Assembly (NCBI GenBank): GCA_018396995.1
Contig: JAGTQB010000002.1
Location: 1,503 to 65,502, forward strand
Direction: 5' to 3'
Length of the DNA: 64,000 bases
DNA from: Candidatus Bathyarchaeota archaeon
Lineage (GTDB): Archaea; Thermoproteota; Bathyarchaeia; Bathyarchaeales; DTEX01
Shown: in pieces, positions 30,175 through 39,715 of the stretch
How the letters are laid out: every line of letters starts with the position of its first letter
Numbering within the stretch: position 1 is the stretch's first letter
Notes under the pieces: generated by a model
What the model was told of the DNA's origin: nothing
What the model saw: only the letters and a program-made list of their open reading frames with translations
Databases searched by the model: none
Program-made: the position numbers and the translations under genes

Positions 30175-31181
30175 ATTCCTTTAAGGAGATAATAAATATC
30201 CTTGATGAGAGAAGTGTAAGACGAGTTCTCATTTTATGTCACAAGAATGCTGATCCAGACGCTATATGCTCATCCTATGCCCTCTTAAACCTCTTGAGGG
30301 CTCTTAAACCAGATCTAGAGGTAACCGTAGCCGTTCCAGAAAGCGTGAGTAAGGTTTCGAAGATGGTTTTAGAGAAGTTTCCAATGAGTGTTACTCATGA
30401 GGAGCCCGACTTTAAGGCATTTGATGTGGCGTTTATGGTGGACACTAATACACCGCGCCAGTTAGGTGAGTGGTGCGAGCGCTTATGTGCATCATCCTTG
30501 CCTATAATAGTCATCGATCACCACGCACCCCACCCAGAGACAGAGAAAATTGTATCCTTGTGTATCTGTAGAGAGGATGTCTCAGCGACATGCGAGGTAA
30601 TCTACGAGTTATTTAGGGAGGCCGGTGTAAAGCCATCGAGGGAAGTTGCTGAAGTTATGCTCCTGGGGATAGCTTTTGATACAAGGCACTTCGCGTTGGC
30701 TAAGCAATCAACATTCAAGGTTATCTCAGAGATAGCTGAGATGGGGGTGGACATCCAGGAGTCGCTAAAAATCCTGACCGTGCCAATGGATATCTCAGAG
30801 AAAATAGCTAGGCTTAAGGCATGTAAAAGAATGAAGACGATGAGGATACAGGGCTGGATTATTGCTTTTTCCCATGTTGGGTCATTTCAGGCGTCGGCGG
30901 CTAGGGCGATAATAGATGTTGGTGCAGACGTCGCCATTGTGGGCTCTGAGGATAAAGGAGAGCTTCTAATCAGCATGAGGTCGAGCAATGAATTCTACAA
31001 TAGAACTGGAATACACCTAGGCAGAGACATAGCGGCCCCGCTCGGACAGATCCTTAAGGGCATGGGTGGTGGGCACACAACATCTGCTGGAGTTAATGGT
31101 AAAGGTGATCTTGAAACAGCCTTTAAATTTGCTGCGAAAATATTGAAGGAGAAGATTAAGGGATGCCAACCTCAGCCGTAG
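30171..31181 (+). CDS. DHH family phosphoesterase (NrnA-like)
   Basis: HKNADPDA, VDT, IDHH, GIAFDT..F, GGGH...AG (DHHA1). Confidence 0.92.
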   Translation: MNSFKEIINILDERSVRRVLILCHKNADPDAICSSYALLNLLRALKPDLEVTVAVPESVSKVSKMVLEKFPMSVTHEEPDFKAFDVAFMVDTNTPRQLGEWCERLCASSLPIIVIDHHAPHPETEKIVSLCICREDVSATCEVIYELFREAGVKPSREVAEVMLLGIAFDTRHFALAKQSTFKVISEIAEMGVDIQESLKILTVPMDISEKIARLKACKRMKTMRIQGWIIAFSHVGSFQASAARAIIDVGADVAIVGSEDKGELLISMRSSNEFYNRTGIHLGRDIAAPLGQILKGMGGGHTTSAGVNGKGDLETAFKFAAKILKEKIKGCQPQP

Positions 31182-31340
31182 GCACAATTTAGCTTCGCAA
31201 ATGATTCAACACCAGTTGACAAGCTCTCAATAACCTTTAGTGGCCTACTTATACCGGAGTTCAATGGGATAGCACCATTAATCCTATTGATTTTAATAGC
31301 GTCCATTCTCTTAGTTGTTGGAAAGCGTTTTATGTCTTAA
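31182..31340 (+). pseudogene. Start-less 52-codon frame encoding a PEF-CTERM-like sorting signal, in frame after the DHH gene's TAG
   Basis: Manual translation: AQFSFANDSTPVDKLSITFSGLLIPEFNGIAPLILLILIASILLVVGKRFMS*, i.e. IPEF plus TM helix plus KR. Confidence 0.6.
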
Positions 31341-32328
31341 AGTTTGTCGGTATTAAGTTAATTGGGTAAGATCTTATCCCCATCTTTTTCTCAATATACT
31401 TTGCTAGTACTTCATTATATGCTCCGCCATGGTAAGTTAGAACAAGCTTTGGGTTGCATCTCTCAATAAAATCTATTAGGCTTGGAAAATCCGCGTGGTC
31501 GCTTAGGGGGAAGGATTTGCGTCTAAATTTTAAAGCCCAGCCCGTAACCATCGCCTGAGTAAACCTATGCTCTGGGGATAAATTCACCCCCTTTGGAACA
31601 ACAACCACAGCCCCCGCGGAGGAAAGGAGGGCGGACGCTTCCCTAGAATTAATGTCAATATAGTTTATATTGCGCATGTACTGTCCATAAATCTCATTTA
31701 TCCTCGAGACCCTCCAATGGGATACAACTGGTACATTTGTATTCTCATTAAAGATTCTTATGATCTCCTGAGCGTTCCCAATGGCATCCGTCTTGAAGAC
31801 CGGAATCTTATTCTCACGCAAAACGCCGCTCGCCCATCTTATCATTTCACTAGCAACTTCTTCGTCTGGTGGAAAGACGAATTCTGGGGTTCCATATGTT
31901 GCTTCAATGATGAGTACATCACATTTAATGGCTTCAGCTGGCTTCACAAGTCTCCCCTCCCTAGTGTTAAGGTCACCTGTAAAGAGCGCGACTCCATCCG
32001 GCGTGCGTACTTCAAACTCGTAGGAGCCGAGAATATGTCCCGAGAAATGTGGCATAACTTCTATATCATCTATCTTAATCCCCCTGTTCACGTTTAGGGG
32101 CTGCCAGTTGCCGATCCTTATCCCCTCAACTGAAGCCAACTTCATGGTCTCTTCGGATGAAAATGAAGGTATGCGTCTAATTCTTAGTGAATATGAGTGA
32201 TCTGTATGTGCATGGGTTACAAATGAAGCCCTACATCTCGGGATTCCTGAGTTGGGGTCGAAAGCTACTTTATTTTCCCCGTACTCCACTAAAGCCCCAT
32301 TCTCCCAAGTAATCCTCAAAGAGGACAA
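31330..32328 (-). CDS. MBL-fold (beta-CASP-like) metallo-hydrolase/exonuclease
   Basis: THAHTDH, SGHILGS, FTGD, IEATYG.P, GNAQE, LSDHADF, YHG. Confidence 0.9.
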   Translation of the reverse strand: MSSLRITWENGALVEYGENKVAFDPNSGIPRCRASFVTHAHTDHSYSLRIRRIPSFSSEETMKLASVEGIRIGNWQPLNVNRGIKIDDIEVMPHFSGHILGSYEFEVRTPDGVALFTGDLNTREGRLVKPAEAIKCDVLIIEATYGTPEFVFPPDEEVASEMIRWASGVLRENKIPVFKTDAIGNAQEIIRIFNENTNVPVVSHWRVSRINEIYGQYMRNINYIDINSREASALLSSAGAVVVVPKGVNLSPEHRFTQAMVTGWALKFRRKSFPLSDHADFPSLIDFIERCNPKLVLTYHGGAYNEVLAKYIEKKMGIRSYPINLIPTNFKT

Positions 32329-32471
32329 CCACCAACTATATACAACTAAGAAAATCTAAATTTTTCTCGGGTATATGAATAGTTCATAGTTTTTATATAA
32401 GCGCTTAAATTATTGCATCCTCTTCAAATATATGAATTAAACTAGTGATGTAGTTAAGGTGTAACTATACT

Positions 32472-33326
32472 TTGGCAGTCATTGAAGCAAGAAACCTAAC
32501 ATACTCATATCCGTTTGCAGATAAACCAGCTATCGAGGACATAAACTTGGCAATCGAGAGGGGAGAATTTGTCCTCCTCACTGGACCCAGCGGCTGCGGA
32601 AAAACCACGCTCTGCAGATGCTTTAATGGGCTTATACCACACTTCTATGGCGGTAAGCTTGAGGGCGAAGTTTGGGTTGCTGGATTAAAAACGGATGAAC
32701 ACCCAATCCATGAGCTGGCGAAACACGTCGGCTTAGTCTTCCAGAACCCTGAGAACCAACTGTTCGCCCTCACTGTGGAAAAAGATGTAGCCTTTGGGCT
32801 AGAGAACCTCGGGCTCCCAAGAGACGAAATTCGTAGGAGGGTTGATTGGGCCTTAAAGGTTACAGGGATATATGATTTAAAGGATAGGGCTCCCTTCGAG
32901 CTCTCTGGAGGACAGCAGCAACGCGTCGCAATAGCATCAATCCTCGCAATGCAGCCGGAGATTATGGTTCTAGATGAGCCAACGTCATTCCTTGACCCCC
33001 TCAGCGCCAGAAGCATTTTAGAAACAATTTATCAGCTGAACAGGGAGCTAGGGATAACAATTATATTGATTGAGCATAGATTGGACCTGGCCGCAAGGTA
33101 TGCTGACCGCATTATTGTTATGGATCGCGGCCACATTATTTTAGATGGGGAGCCAAGGAAAATCTTTTTGGACGACAGAATTAAATTGGTTGGTGTTGGA
33201 TTGCCGAAGGTTGTTAGGCTTTATCTTGCTCTAAGGGATGATAACGTGAACCTTAAAAGGGTTCCACTGAGCCCGGAGGAAGCCTCTAGATTAATTGCGG
33301 AGGTGCTCAACTCTGATAGAAGCTGA
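32472..33326 (+). CDS. ecfA1: ECF transporter ATPase EcfA1
   Basis: GPSGCGKTT, VFQNPENQL, LSGGQQQRVAIA, LDEPTSFLD, IEH. Confidence 0.92.
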   Translation: MAVIEARNLTYSYPFADKPAIEDINLAIERGEFVLLTGPSGCGKTTLCRCFNGLIPHFYGGKLEGEVWVAGLKTDEHPIHELAKHVGLVFQNPENQLFALTVEKDVAFGLENLGLPRDEIRRRVDWALKVTGIYDLKDRAPFELSGGQQQRVAIASILAMQPEIMVLDEPTSFLDPLSARSILETIYQLNRELGITIILIEHRLDLAARYADRIIVMDRGHIILDGEPRKIFLDDRIKLVGVGLPKVVRLYLALRDDNVNLKRVPLSPEEASRLIAEVLNSDRS

Positions 33327-34137
33327 AAACGTCTACTTCATATACCCAAATGGGGTTGAGGCCCTTAAAGGCGTTTCTCTTAGGATAAATGATGGAGAGT
33401 TTGTTGCAATAATGGGTCAGAACGGTGCGGGAAAGACTACATTAGTAAAGCATTTTGTAGGTTTATTGAAGCCGACTAAAGGTAGGGTCTTGGTAGATGG
33501 TGTTGACACGAGAACCGTTAGCGTAGCTCAGCTCGCCAGGAAAGTTGGCTTCGTCTTTCAGAATCCAGACCACCAATTGTTCAGCGAAACAGTTGAAGAT
33601 GAAATAGCCTTCGCCTTAAGAAACTTTGGTTTCGATGAGAAGACCGTTAGGGAGAGGGTTGACTGGGCGCTAAACCTCCTAGACTTAACTCAGTACCGAA
33701 AGACATCGCCATTTATGCTAAGCGGCGGGGAGAGGAAGAGGGTTGCCTTAGCCTCAGTCTTGGCATGGGATCCAAAGATACTGATACTTGATGAGCCGAC
33801 CATAGGGCAAGATGCATACCAGAAGGAGAGACTGAGACACTTTATAATCCAGATGAATCAGCAGGGTAAGACCGTAATAATCGTTACGCATGATATAGAG
33901 TTTGTTGCTGAATGCGAGCCTAGGGTGATTTTAATGGTTAATGGTAGGATAATCGCCGACGGGGATGCTAGGGAGGTTCTCACCGACACAGTAGCTATAA
34001 AAGAGGCATCTTTAGTGCTGCCTGAGATAACACAGGTGTTTATGGGACTCAATGACCTGGGCTTTTCGTGGAAGGTTTTAGGGGTTTATGAGGCTAAATG
34101 CTTAATACTTGAGAGGCTCCGTGGGGTTAGGATATGA
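33295..34137 (+). CDS. ecfA2: ECF transporter ATPase EcfA2
   Basis: GQNGAGKTT, FQNPDHQLF, LSGGERKRVALA, LDEPTIGQD. Confidence 0.92.
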   Translation: MRRCSTLIEAENVYFIYPNGVEALKGVSLRINDGEFVAIMGQNGAGKTTLVKHFVGLLKPTKGRVLVDGVDTRTVSVAQLARKVGFVFQNPDHQLFSETVEDEIAFALRNFGFDEKTVRERVDWALNLLDLTQYRKTSPFMLSGGERKRVALASVLAWDPKILILDEPTIGQDAYQKERLRHFIIQMNQQGKTVIIVTHDIEFVAECEPRVILMVNGRIIADGDAREVLTDTVAIKEASLVLPEITQVFMGLNDLGFSWKVLGVYEAKCLILERLRGVRI

Positions 34138-34925
34138 GCATATTTGAGGGCTTAAGGTTTAAAACTATTTCGTCACCAATACATAGAATTGATCCCAGAG
34201 CCAAGTTCATCTATGTGTGCGTTTTATTCGCCATTGCAGTATTATTCAGCCAGCTGATTCCGCTCCTAATATTATTCTTCTCCCAGATGCCACTAATCAT
34301 AATAGCTAAGCTAAAGAGGGAGTGGCTGCGCTTAATGAGGGGGTCAATGTTCTTTGCCGCGATAATCTTTATTGCCAACATGGTTTCACTATACTTTTAC
34401 GGTGGCACCCAATCCTTAGCAGCAGTTGTAGAGCATTCCCTAGCAATGACCACGAGATTTCTAATTCTAGTAGAATCCTTCTCAATATTCTTCGCAACCA
34501 CATCCCCAGATATGCTCAGCCTATCTCTTGAGCAAATAGGCGTACCCTACGAATTCTGCTTCGCATTCACAACAGCTATCAGGTTTGTCCCAGTTCTGGC
34601 GGAGGAGGCGCAGACAATAATGGACGCACAGAAGGCCCGCGGGTTGGAGCTTGAGCGTGGGAACTTTATAAAGAGGGTAAAAAACTATATACCAATTCTG
34701 ATACCGCTGATTGTTAGCGCCATAAGAAGAAGTATGGAACTTGCGGAGGCCATGGAGTCAAGAGCATGGGGCGCATCAAAGAAGCGGACAAGCTTGTACT
34801 CATTAAAGATGAAGACTAAGGACTATATTTTCATCGTAGCTTCAATTATAGTTCTCCTAGTCTCCATATATGTGCGTTTCTTTATTAGCATACCGAGTGT
34901 AACAGAGCTAATGCATCTCGGCTAA
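34134..34925 (+). CDS. ecfT: ECF transporter transmembrane component T
   Basis: IHRIDPRAK, AIRFVPVL...I.DAQKARG, LAEAMESRA. Confidence 0.93.
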   Translation: MSIFEGLRFKTISSPIHRIDPRAKFIYVCVLFAIAVLFSQLIPLLILFFSQMPLIIIAKLKREWLRLMRGSMFFAAIIFIANMVSLYFYGGTQSLAAVVEHSLAMTTRFLILVESFSIFFATTSPDMLSLSLEQIGVPYEFCFAFTTAIRFVPVLAEEAQTIMDAQKARGLELERGNFIKRVKNYIPILIPLIVSAIRRSMELAEAMESRAWGASKKRTSLYSLKMKTKDYIFIVASIIVLLVSIYVRFFISIPSVTELMHLG

Positions 34926-35416
34926 GCTCTTTTCACATAACACTTGCCTATCGCATTTACGAGTGCTCCAGCATACCTCTTAACAGCATCCCTAACCTCC
35001 GGGCTCATCTTCTCCCCTAAGCCGAGGTTTCTCGGCTCTACGCCTAACAAAATAACCTTTGCATTAGTCTCCTTCTGTATTAATGATGTTAGCAAACTAA
35101 GCGGCATCGCATGCGTAGATATAGTTTCGTCTGGTATCTGCTCCGGGGGTATGAGCCTAGCTTCACCCGGCTCCTTGCCGAAGAGCGCTGCATCGATTAT
35201 AAGGACATGAGATGGCTTAAACCTCTTTATTTTGCCAATGAAATTCTCGGGAGCCGACCCGCCATATACCACCCTAACGTTTCTTGGAACCTTACCCTTT
35301 ATCTCCTTCACGATCTCCAGCCCTAGGGAATCATCTCCTCTAAGGGGGTTGCCAACACCAATTATGACAAGTCTTCTGTAACCGCTTAGCCAAGTCTTAA
35401 GCTCGTCTTCAACCAT
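34922..35416 (-). CDS. hycI: Hydrogenase maturation endopeptidase, HycI type
   Basis: IGVGNPLRGDD, G.APEN, IIDAA, STH..PL. Divergent from the hydrogenase genes. Confidence 0.92.
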   Translation of the reverse strand: MVEDELKTWLSGYRRLVIIGVGNPLRGDDSLGLEIVKEIKGKVPRNVRVVYGGSAPENFIGKIKRFKPSHVLIIDAALFGKEPGEARLIPPEQIPDETISTHAMPLSLLTSLIQKETNAKVILLGVEPRNLGLGEKMSPEVRDAVKRYAGALVNAIGKCYVKRA

Positions 35417-35537
35417 TTTTGTGTCATAACATTTCCTATAAAGAATAGGAGATTTAAAGGTTACCTTCCTGCAACTTAAAGAAAGTCCTATATACTCTAA
35501 GTTTAAAATATATGTAATTTAAAATTGAGGGAAATGT

Positions 35538-36008
35538 ATGAAGAGTAATACAGCTGAGCAAAAGGTTCTCCTATACGACCCTACAAGGTGCACTGGATGT
35601 CTCTTCTGCCAAATTGCTTGTTCCTACCAGCACTTCAAAGAAATCGGTTTAGAGAAAACCAACCTTCGAATAATATTTGATGAGAAGACAGGCGAGTTTG
35701 AGGCAATTTACTGCCAGCATTGTGATGAACCTCTTTGCGTCGCTGCATGCCCAAATGAGGCTGCCGTAAAAGATGAAGTGACAGGCTTAGTGAGGATAAA
35801 TCCAATTAGGTGTATTGGCTGCAAAACATGTACTGTTGCCTGTCCCCTCTCAGCTCCATGGTTTAATGCTGAGCGGCGCATCTCCATGAAATGCGACTTC
35901 TGTGATGGAGATCCTAAATGCGCAAAATTCTGTTCACCCCAAGCTATCAGGGTTGCGTTGAGAAAGGAGGCGTGGGAGTTTAATAAAAACCGTTATTCAG
36001 GGGTGTAA
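35538..36008 (+). CDS. 4x[4Fe-4S] ferredoxin-like electron transfer subunit (HycB/CooF/DmsB-like)
   Basis: CTGCLFCQIAC, CQHCDEPLCVAACP, CIGCKTCTVACP, KCDFC.GDP.CAKFC. Confidence 0.9.
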   Translation: MKSNTAEQKVLLYDPTRCTGCLFCQIACSYQHFKEIGLEKTNLRIIFDEKTGEFEAIYCQHCDEPLCVAACPNEAAVKDEVTGLVRINPIRCIGCKTCTVACPLSAPWFNAERRISMKCDFCDGDPKCAKFCSPQAIRVALRKEAWEFNKNRYSGV

Positions 36009-36011
36009 TAT

Positions 36012-36695
36012 ATGGTTGTGCAACTCGAATCCGAGATAATAAATTACTTGAGGGAGATTTTAGGAGACGACCTAATAAAGGTTTATAGGCAGCGGGAGAG
36101 GAGAATATTCGCTATCATTAAGCCAGCAGTCCTTAGGAGAACAATTGAAGCCTTAAAGAGCAAGTATAGCGACATGCGCTTCATGACTCTCTCCGCGGTT
36201 GATAATGGCTTAGATATGGAATACCTATACCACTTCAACATCAACGGCATAGTCCTAACAATAAGAGTTTTAAGGCCGAAGGAGGAGCCTATACTTGAAT
36301 CCATAGCCGATATCATCCCAGCAGCAAACTTCATTGAGAGGGAAATATCAGACTTATTTGGAGTGAAATTAGTGAATCATCCGGAGCTCGATCCATCTGG
36401 CTTAATATTGACTAAGGACTGGCCCGAAGATCAGAGACCTTTAAGGAGACCCTTTGAGGGAGTCCTGCCATTAAAGGCTAGGCCTGTTGCCGAAGCATTA
36501 ATAGCGAGCGGTTGCGTGGCTCCTATATCAACCTTTGTCCAAAAGAAGCGTGAAGAAAGTGGCCTACAAAAATCTCCCCCCTTCCCCTTCACCAATGAAA
36601 AGATTTTGGGCGAGTATCATGGTATCATTAAGGCCTCCGGTATTGGTGATAGGGTTGGTTTTGACTGGGAGAAGAGGAGACTCCGGTATAAGTAG
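36012..36695 (+). CDS. NuoC/EchD-like hydrogenase subunit with a C-terminal HdrC-tail-like extension
   Basis: LSAVD...YLYHF, SIADIIPAANFIEREISDLFGV....HP, DWP....PLR (NuoC core), then about 75 extra residues. Confidence 0.85.
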   Translation: MVVQLESEIINYLREILGDDLIKVYRQRERRIFAIIKPAVLRRTIEALKSKYSDMRFMTLSAVDNGLDMEYLYHFNINGIVLTIRVLRPKEEPILESIADIIPAANFIEREISDLFGVKLVNHPELDPSGLILTKDWPEDQRPLRRPFEGVLPLKARPVAEALIASGCVAPISTFVQKKREESGLQKSPPFPFTNEKILGEYHGIIKASGIGDRVGFDWEKRRLRYK

Positions 36696-37583
36696 TTGAG
36701 GGTGATGGATATGGTTAAGTATGCCTTCTTCCTAGGTTGCCAGATCCCGATGCGGCTGCCAAATATTGAGGTGGCTACGAGAAAGGTTTTTGAGAAACTT
36801 AATGTAGAGGCTGTTGACCTACTTGGTTATTCATGTTGCCCCGAGCCAGTTGTATCCCGCCTAGTGGATGAGGAGACTGCATTGGTTATATCCGCAAGGA
36901 ATTTAACCTTAGCTGAAGAAATGGGGTTAGACATGATAACTCTATGTAATGGATGCTATGAAACTCTAGCCGAGGCAAACGAGGTTCTGAAACATGATGC
37001 CGAGAAAAGGAGCAAAGTTAATGAAATCTTGAGGAAATATGACAGGGAATATGAGGGTAAAATTGATGTTAAACATGTTATCGAGGTTCTTTACGAGGAC
37101 ATAGGTTTAAAGAAGATTAAGAGCCTAGTTGTTAAGCCCCAGAAAATGCGCGTTGCATTGCATTACGGTTGCCACCTATACCGCGAATATAAGAGTGCTG
37201 ACATAATGCGTAAGCCGAGGATGATGCGGGAGATGGTTGAGCAGACAGGTGTTCAGGTAGTGGATTATGGTCTTGAGAGGATGTGTTGTGGTTACCCAAG
37301 TATGCAGGCGAGCGAAGAATTCTCGCTTAAGGAGAGACTAGCTCGTAAACTAAGCAAGGTTGTTAGTGCTGGAGCGGATGCCGTGGTCACCGCTTGCCCA
37401 GCCTGCATGATACAGTTTGAGCTTGGCCAAGTAATGTTGAGGGCGCACGGGGTCCAATTTAATGTGCCATGCATAAACCTAATGGAGCTATTAGCCTTGT
37501 CATTTGGTGTTCCATCCAAAGAGTTACTCCTAGAGTTTCATAGGAGCCCTGTTTTACAGTTAATTAGAAGGTTGGAGGGATAA
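36696..37583 (+). CDS. hdrB: Heterodisulfide reductase subunit B (copy 1)
   Basis: Two complete CCG domains: LGC..SCCPEP..LCNGC and HYGCH..MCCG..ACPAC. Confidence 0.92.
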   Translation: MRVMDMVKYAFFLGCQIPMRLPNIEVATRKVFEKLNVEAVDLLGYSCCPEPVVSRLVDEETALVISARNLTLAEEMGLDMITLCNGCYETLAEANEVLKHDAEKRSKVNEILRKYDREYEGKIDVKHVIEVLYEDIGLKKIKSLVVKPQKMRVALHYGCHLYREYKSADIMRKPRMMREMVEQTGVQVVDYGLERMCCGYPSMQASEEFSLKERLARKLSKVVSAGADAVVTACPACMIQFELGQVMLRAHGVQFNVPCINLMELLALSFGVPSKELLLEFHRSPVLQLIRRLEG

Positions 37584-37588
37584 GTAAA

Positions 37589-38716
37589 ATGCCGGAGAAA
37601 GTTTATATTGGGCCTTACAGACCACAGCTGGTTGAGCCTGAACGTTTTGAGCTCCTTGTTGAGGGAGACAGGATAATTGATGCTAAGATGGAGCTCGGTT
37701 ACATGCATAGGGGCATAGAGAAATTATTTACCACGAGAACATATATGCAGAACTTAGCTTTGGCTGAAAGGATATGCGGGATATGCAGCGGAGTACATAC
37801 CCTATGTTATGCGCAGACGGTTGAAAGATTGATGGGCGTAGATGTCCCAGAGAGGGCGAGGTACCTAAGATGCATATATATGGAGCTTGAGCGCCTACAC
37901 AGCCATTATCTATGGTTCGGAATACTGGCCCATAGCCTACATGAGCATGAAATCTTCGCAAAAATAATGGGTGAGAGGGAGATAATTCAAGACTTATTCG
38001 AATACTTAACAGGAAACAGGATTAACTATGCGATAAACACCATTGGCGGTGTGCGTAGGGATATAACGCCGGAGAAGGCTGAGAAGATACGTAAAGTCTT
38101 AAAGACGCTTAGGTCCCTCTCAGACTACATAATGTCGCTACTAGACGATAATGGGGTCCTCACGAAGAAGACTAAAGGTGTAGGCGTGCTACCAAGGGAT
38201 AAAGCCATAGAGGTCGGTGCGGTAGGCCCAGTTTTAAGAGCCTCCGGAGTTACTAGCGACGTAAGAAAAGATGATCCATATGCAGCATATGATAAACTTA
38301 ACTTCGAAGTCATTGTTGAGAAGGATGGAGACCTCCGCGCCAAATCTCTTGTTAGGGCTAGAGAGACGTATGAGAGCATGAAAATTATTGAGCAAGCCTT
38401 AGATAATCTCCCATCGGGTGATATAGCCGCAAAGCCTGGAGAGCCTAAGGTTGGCGAGGAGATAGGCAGGACAGAAGCTCCGAGGGGCGAGCTAATATAT
38501 TACATTAAGTCTAATGGCACAAATATTCCAGAGAGAGTTAAGGTTCGCACCCCCTCATACGCCAATAACTTCGCCATCCTTGCAATGCTCCGCGGCGAGT
38601 ACCTTAAAAACGCTAGGGCAGTGATAGAGAGCATTGATCCATGCTTCGCATGCACGGACCGTGTGGTGGTTGTTGATGCTAGGACTGGTGTAAGGAGGAT
38701 TATGAATTTAAAGTAG
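37589..38716 (+). CDS. [NiFe]-hydrogenase large subunit, group 4 type
   Basis: GYMHRGIEK, L1 ERICGICS..H, ELERLHSH, EAPRGE, L2 SIDPCFACTDR followed by a 17-residue cleavable tail. Confidence 0.95.
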   Translation: MPEKVYIGPYRPQLVEPERFELLVEGDRIIDAKMELGYMHRGIEKLFTTRTYMQNLALAERICGICSGVHTLCYAQTVERLMGVDVPERARYLRCIYMELERLHSHYLWFGILAHSLHEHEIFAKIMGEREIIQDLFEYLTGNRINYAINTIGGVRRDITPEKAEKIRKVLKTLRSLSDYIMSLLDDNGVLTKKTKGVGVLPRDKAIEVGAVGPVLRASGVTSDVRKDDPYAAYDKLNFEVIVEKDGDLRAKSLVRARETYESMKIIEQALDNLPSGDIAAKPGEPKVGEEIGRTEAPRGELIYYIKSNGTNIPERVKVRTPSYANNFAILAMLRGEYLKNARAVIESIDPCFACTDRVVVVDARTGVRRIMNLK

Positions 38717-38732
38717 TTGGGGGTGAAGTTTA

Positions 38733-39641
38733 ATGGATAAGATTTCTGTTTATCGTTTCTTATCTGCTGGCTGTAATGCGTGCGATGTGGAGGTTCTTGA
38801 GTGCCTTGCCCCGCGTTATGGTCTTGCTAGCCTTGGCGTTGAGGTTGTTGAGGAGCCTGAGAAAGCAAATGTTCTAATTTTGACTGGTGCTGGAACAGTT
38901 AAGGGTAGGGAGGCGCTTCTAGAGGTATACGAAAAGATAAATCCACCGAAGATAGTTATTGCTGTTGGAAACTGCTCGATAACAAAGAACATCTTCGATA
39001 AGGGTTATCCAATAATTGGCCCCCTAAATAAGCTTATTCCAGTCAACTATTATATTCCCGGGTGCCCGCCTAGACCGCAGGCGATAATTAAGGCTGTAGC
39101 CGATATACTTGGCGTGAAGATTGAGGAGAGGGAGGAGTGGTGGCAAACTCCAGAGGGCTTTCGTGGTAGGCACGAAATAGATAGAGAGAAATGTATTGGA
39201 TGTGGGGCATGCGCCCAAATATGTACTGCCGACGCAATAGAAGTTATTGACGGCCCAGAGAAGAGGATAATCAAGGTCAATTATGTGCATTGTACTTTCT
39301 GCGCCTTCTGCCAAGATGAGTGCCCCACAAAGGCGCTGAAACTCACAGGAGCATATCATTTATTGACAAATGATCTCCAAAAGGCTAGGGTTGAGAACGA
39401 GGTTAACCTACTTACCTGCGCTATATGCGGGGGGACATTCTTCCCGGAGAAGCAGATAGATTGGGCGCTAAAGCGTATTGTCGAGGAGAAGGCTCCAATA
39501 TACAGAGACTTCAGCAGCGAAATTTTAGATGCCGTTAAAATATGCACTAATTGTAGAAGAAGTGTGGAGAGTATTAAGAAGGCGAAAAGACTTCTAACTA
39601 AGCTCTCGGAAAAAGCTAGGGCTACAGTGCTCCGGAAATAG
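38733..39641 (+). CDS. Fused hydrogenase small subunit (NuoB/HycG-like) and 2x[4Fe-4S] NuoI/HycF-like subunit
   Basis: GCNACDVE, AVGNC, IPGCPPRP, then PEGFRG, CIGCGACAQIC, CTFCAFCQDECP, plus extra CAIC and CTNC pairs. Confidence 0.9.
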   Translation: MDKISVYRFLSAGCNACDVEVLECLAPRYGLASLGVEVVEEPEKANVLILTGAGTVKGREALLEVYEKINPPKIVIAVGNCSITKNIFDKGYPIIGPLNKLIPVNYYIPGCPPRPQAIIKAVADILGVKIEEREEWWQTPEGFRGRHEIDREKCIGCGACAQICTADAIEVIDGPEKRIIKVNYVHCTFCAFCQDECPTKALKLTGAYHLLTNDLQKARVENEVNLLTCAICGGTFFPEKQIDWALKRIVEEKAPIYRDFSSEILDAVKICTNCRRSVESIKKAKRLLTKLSEKARATVLRK

Positions 39642-39715
39642 ACATATTTTTATCTTACCCCTTCCTTTCTATCTCTTTAAAAGAGGATGAGGTCTCCTGT
39701 TAAGGAGGATTAAGG

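Noticed and set aside
37589-38716. Complex I NuoD/FpoD subunit rather than a hydrogenase
   Set aside because: Both Ni-binding CxxC motifs and a cleavable C-terminal tail are present, and hycI and hyp genes flank the cluster.
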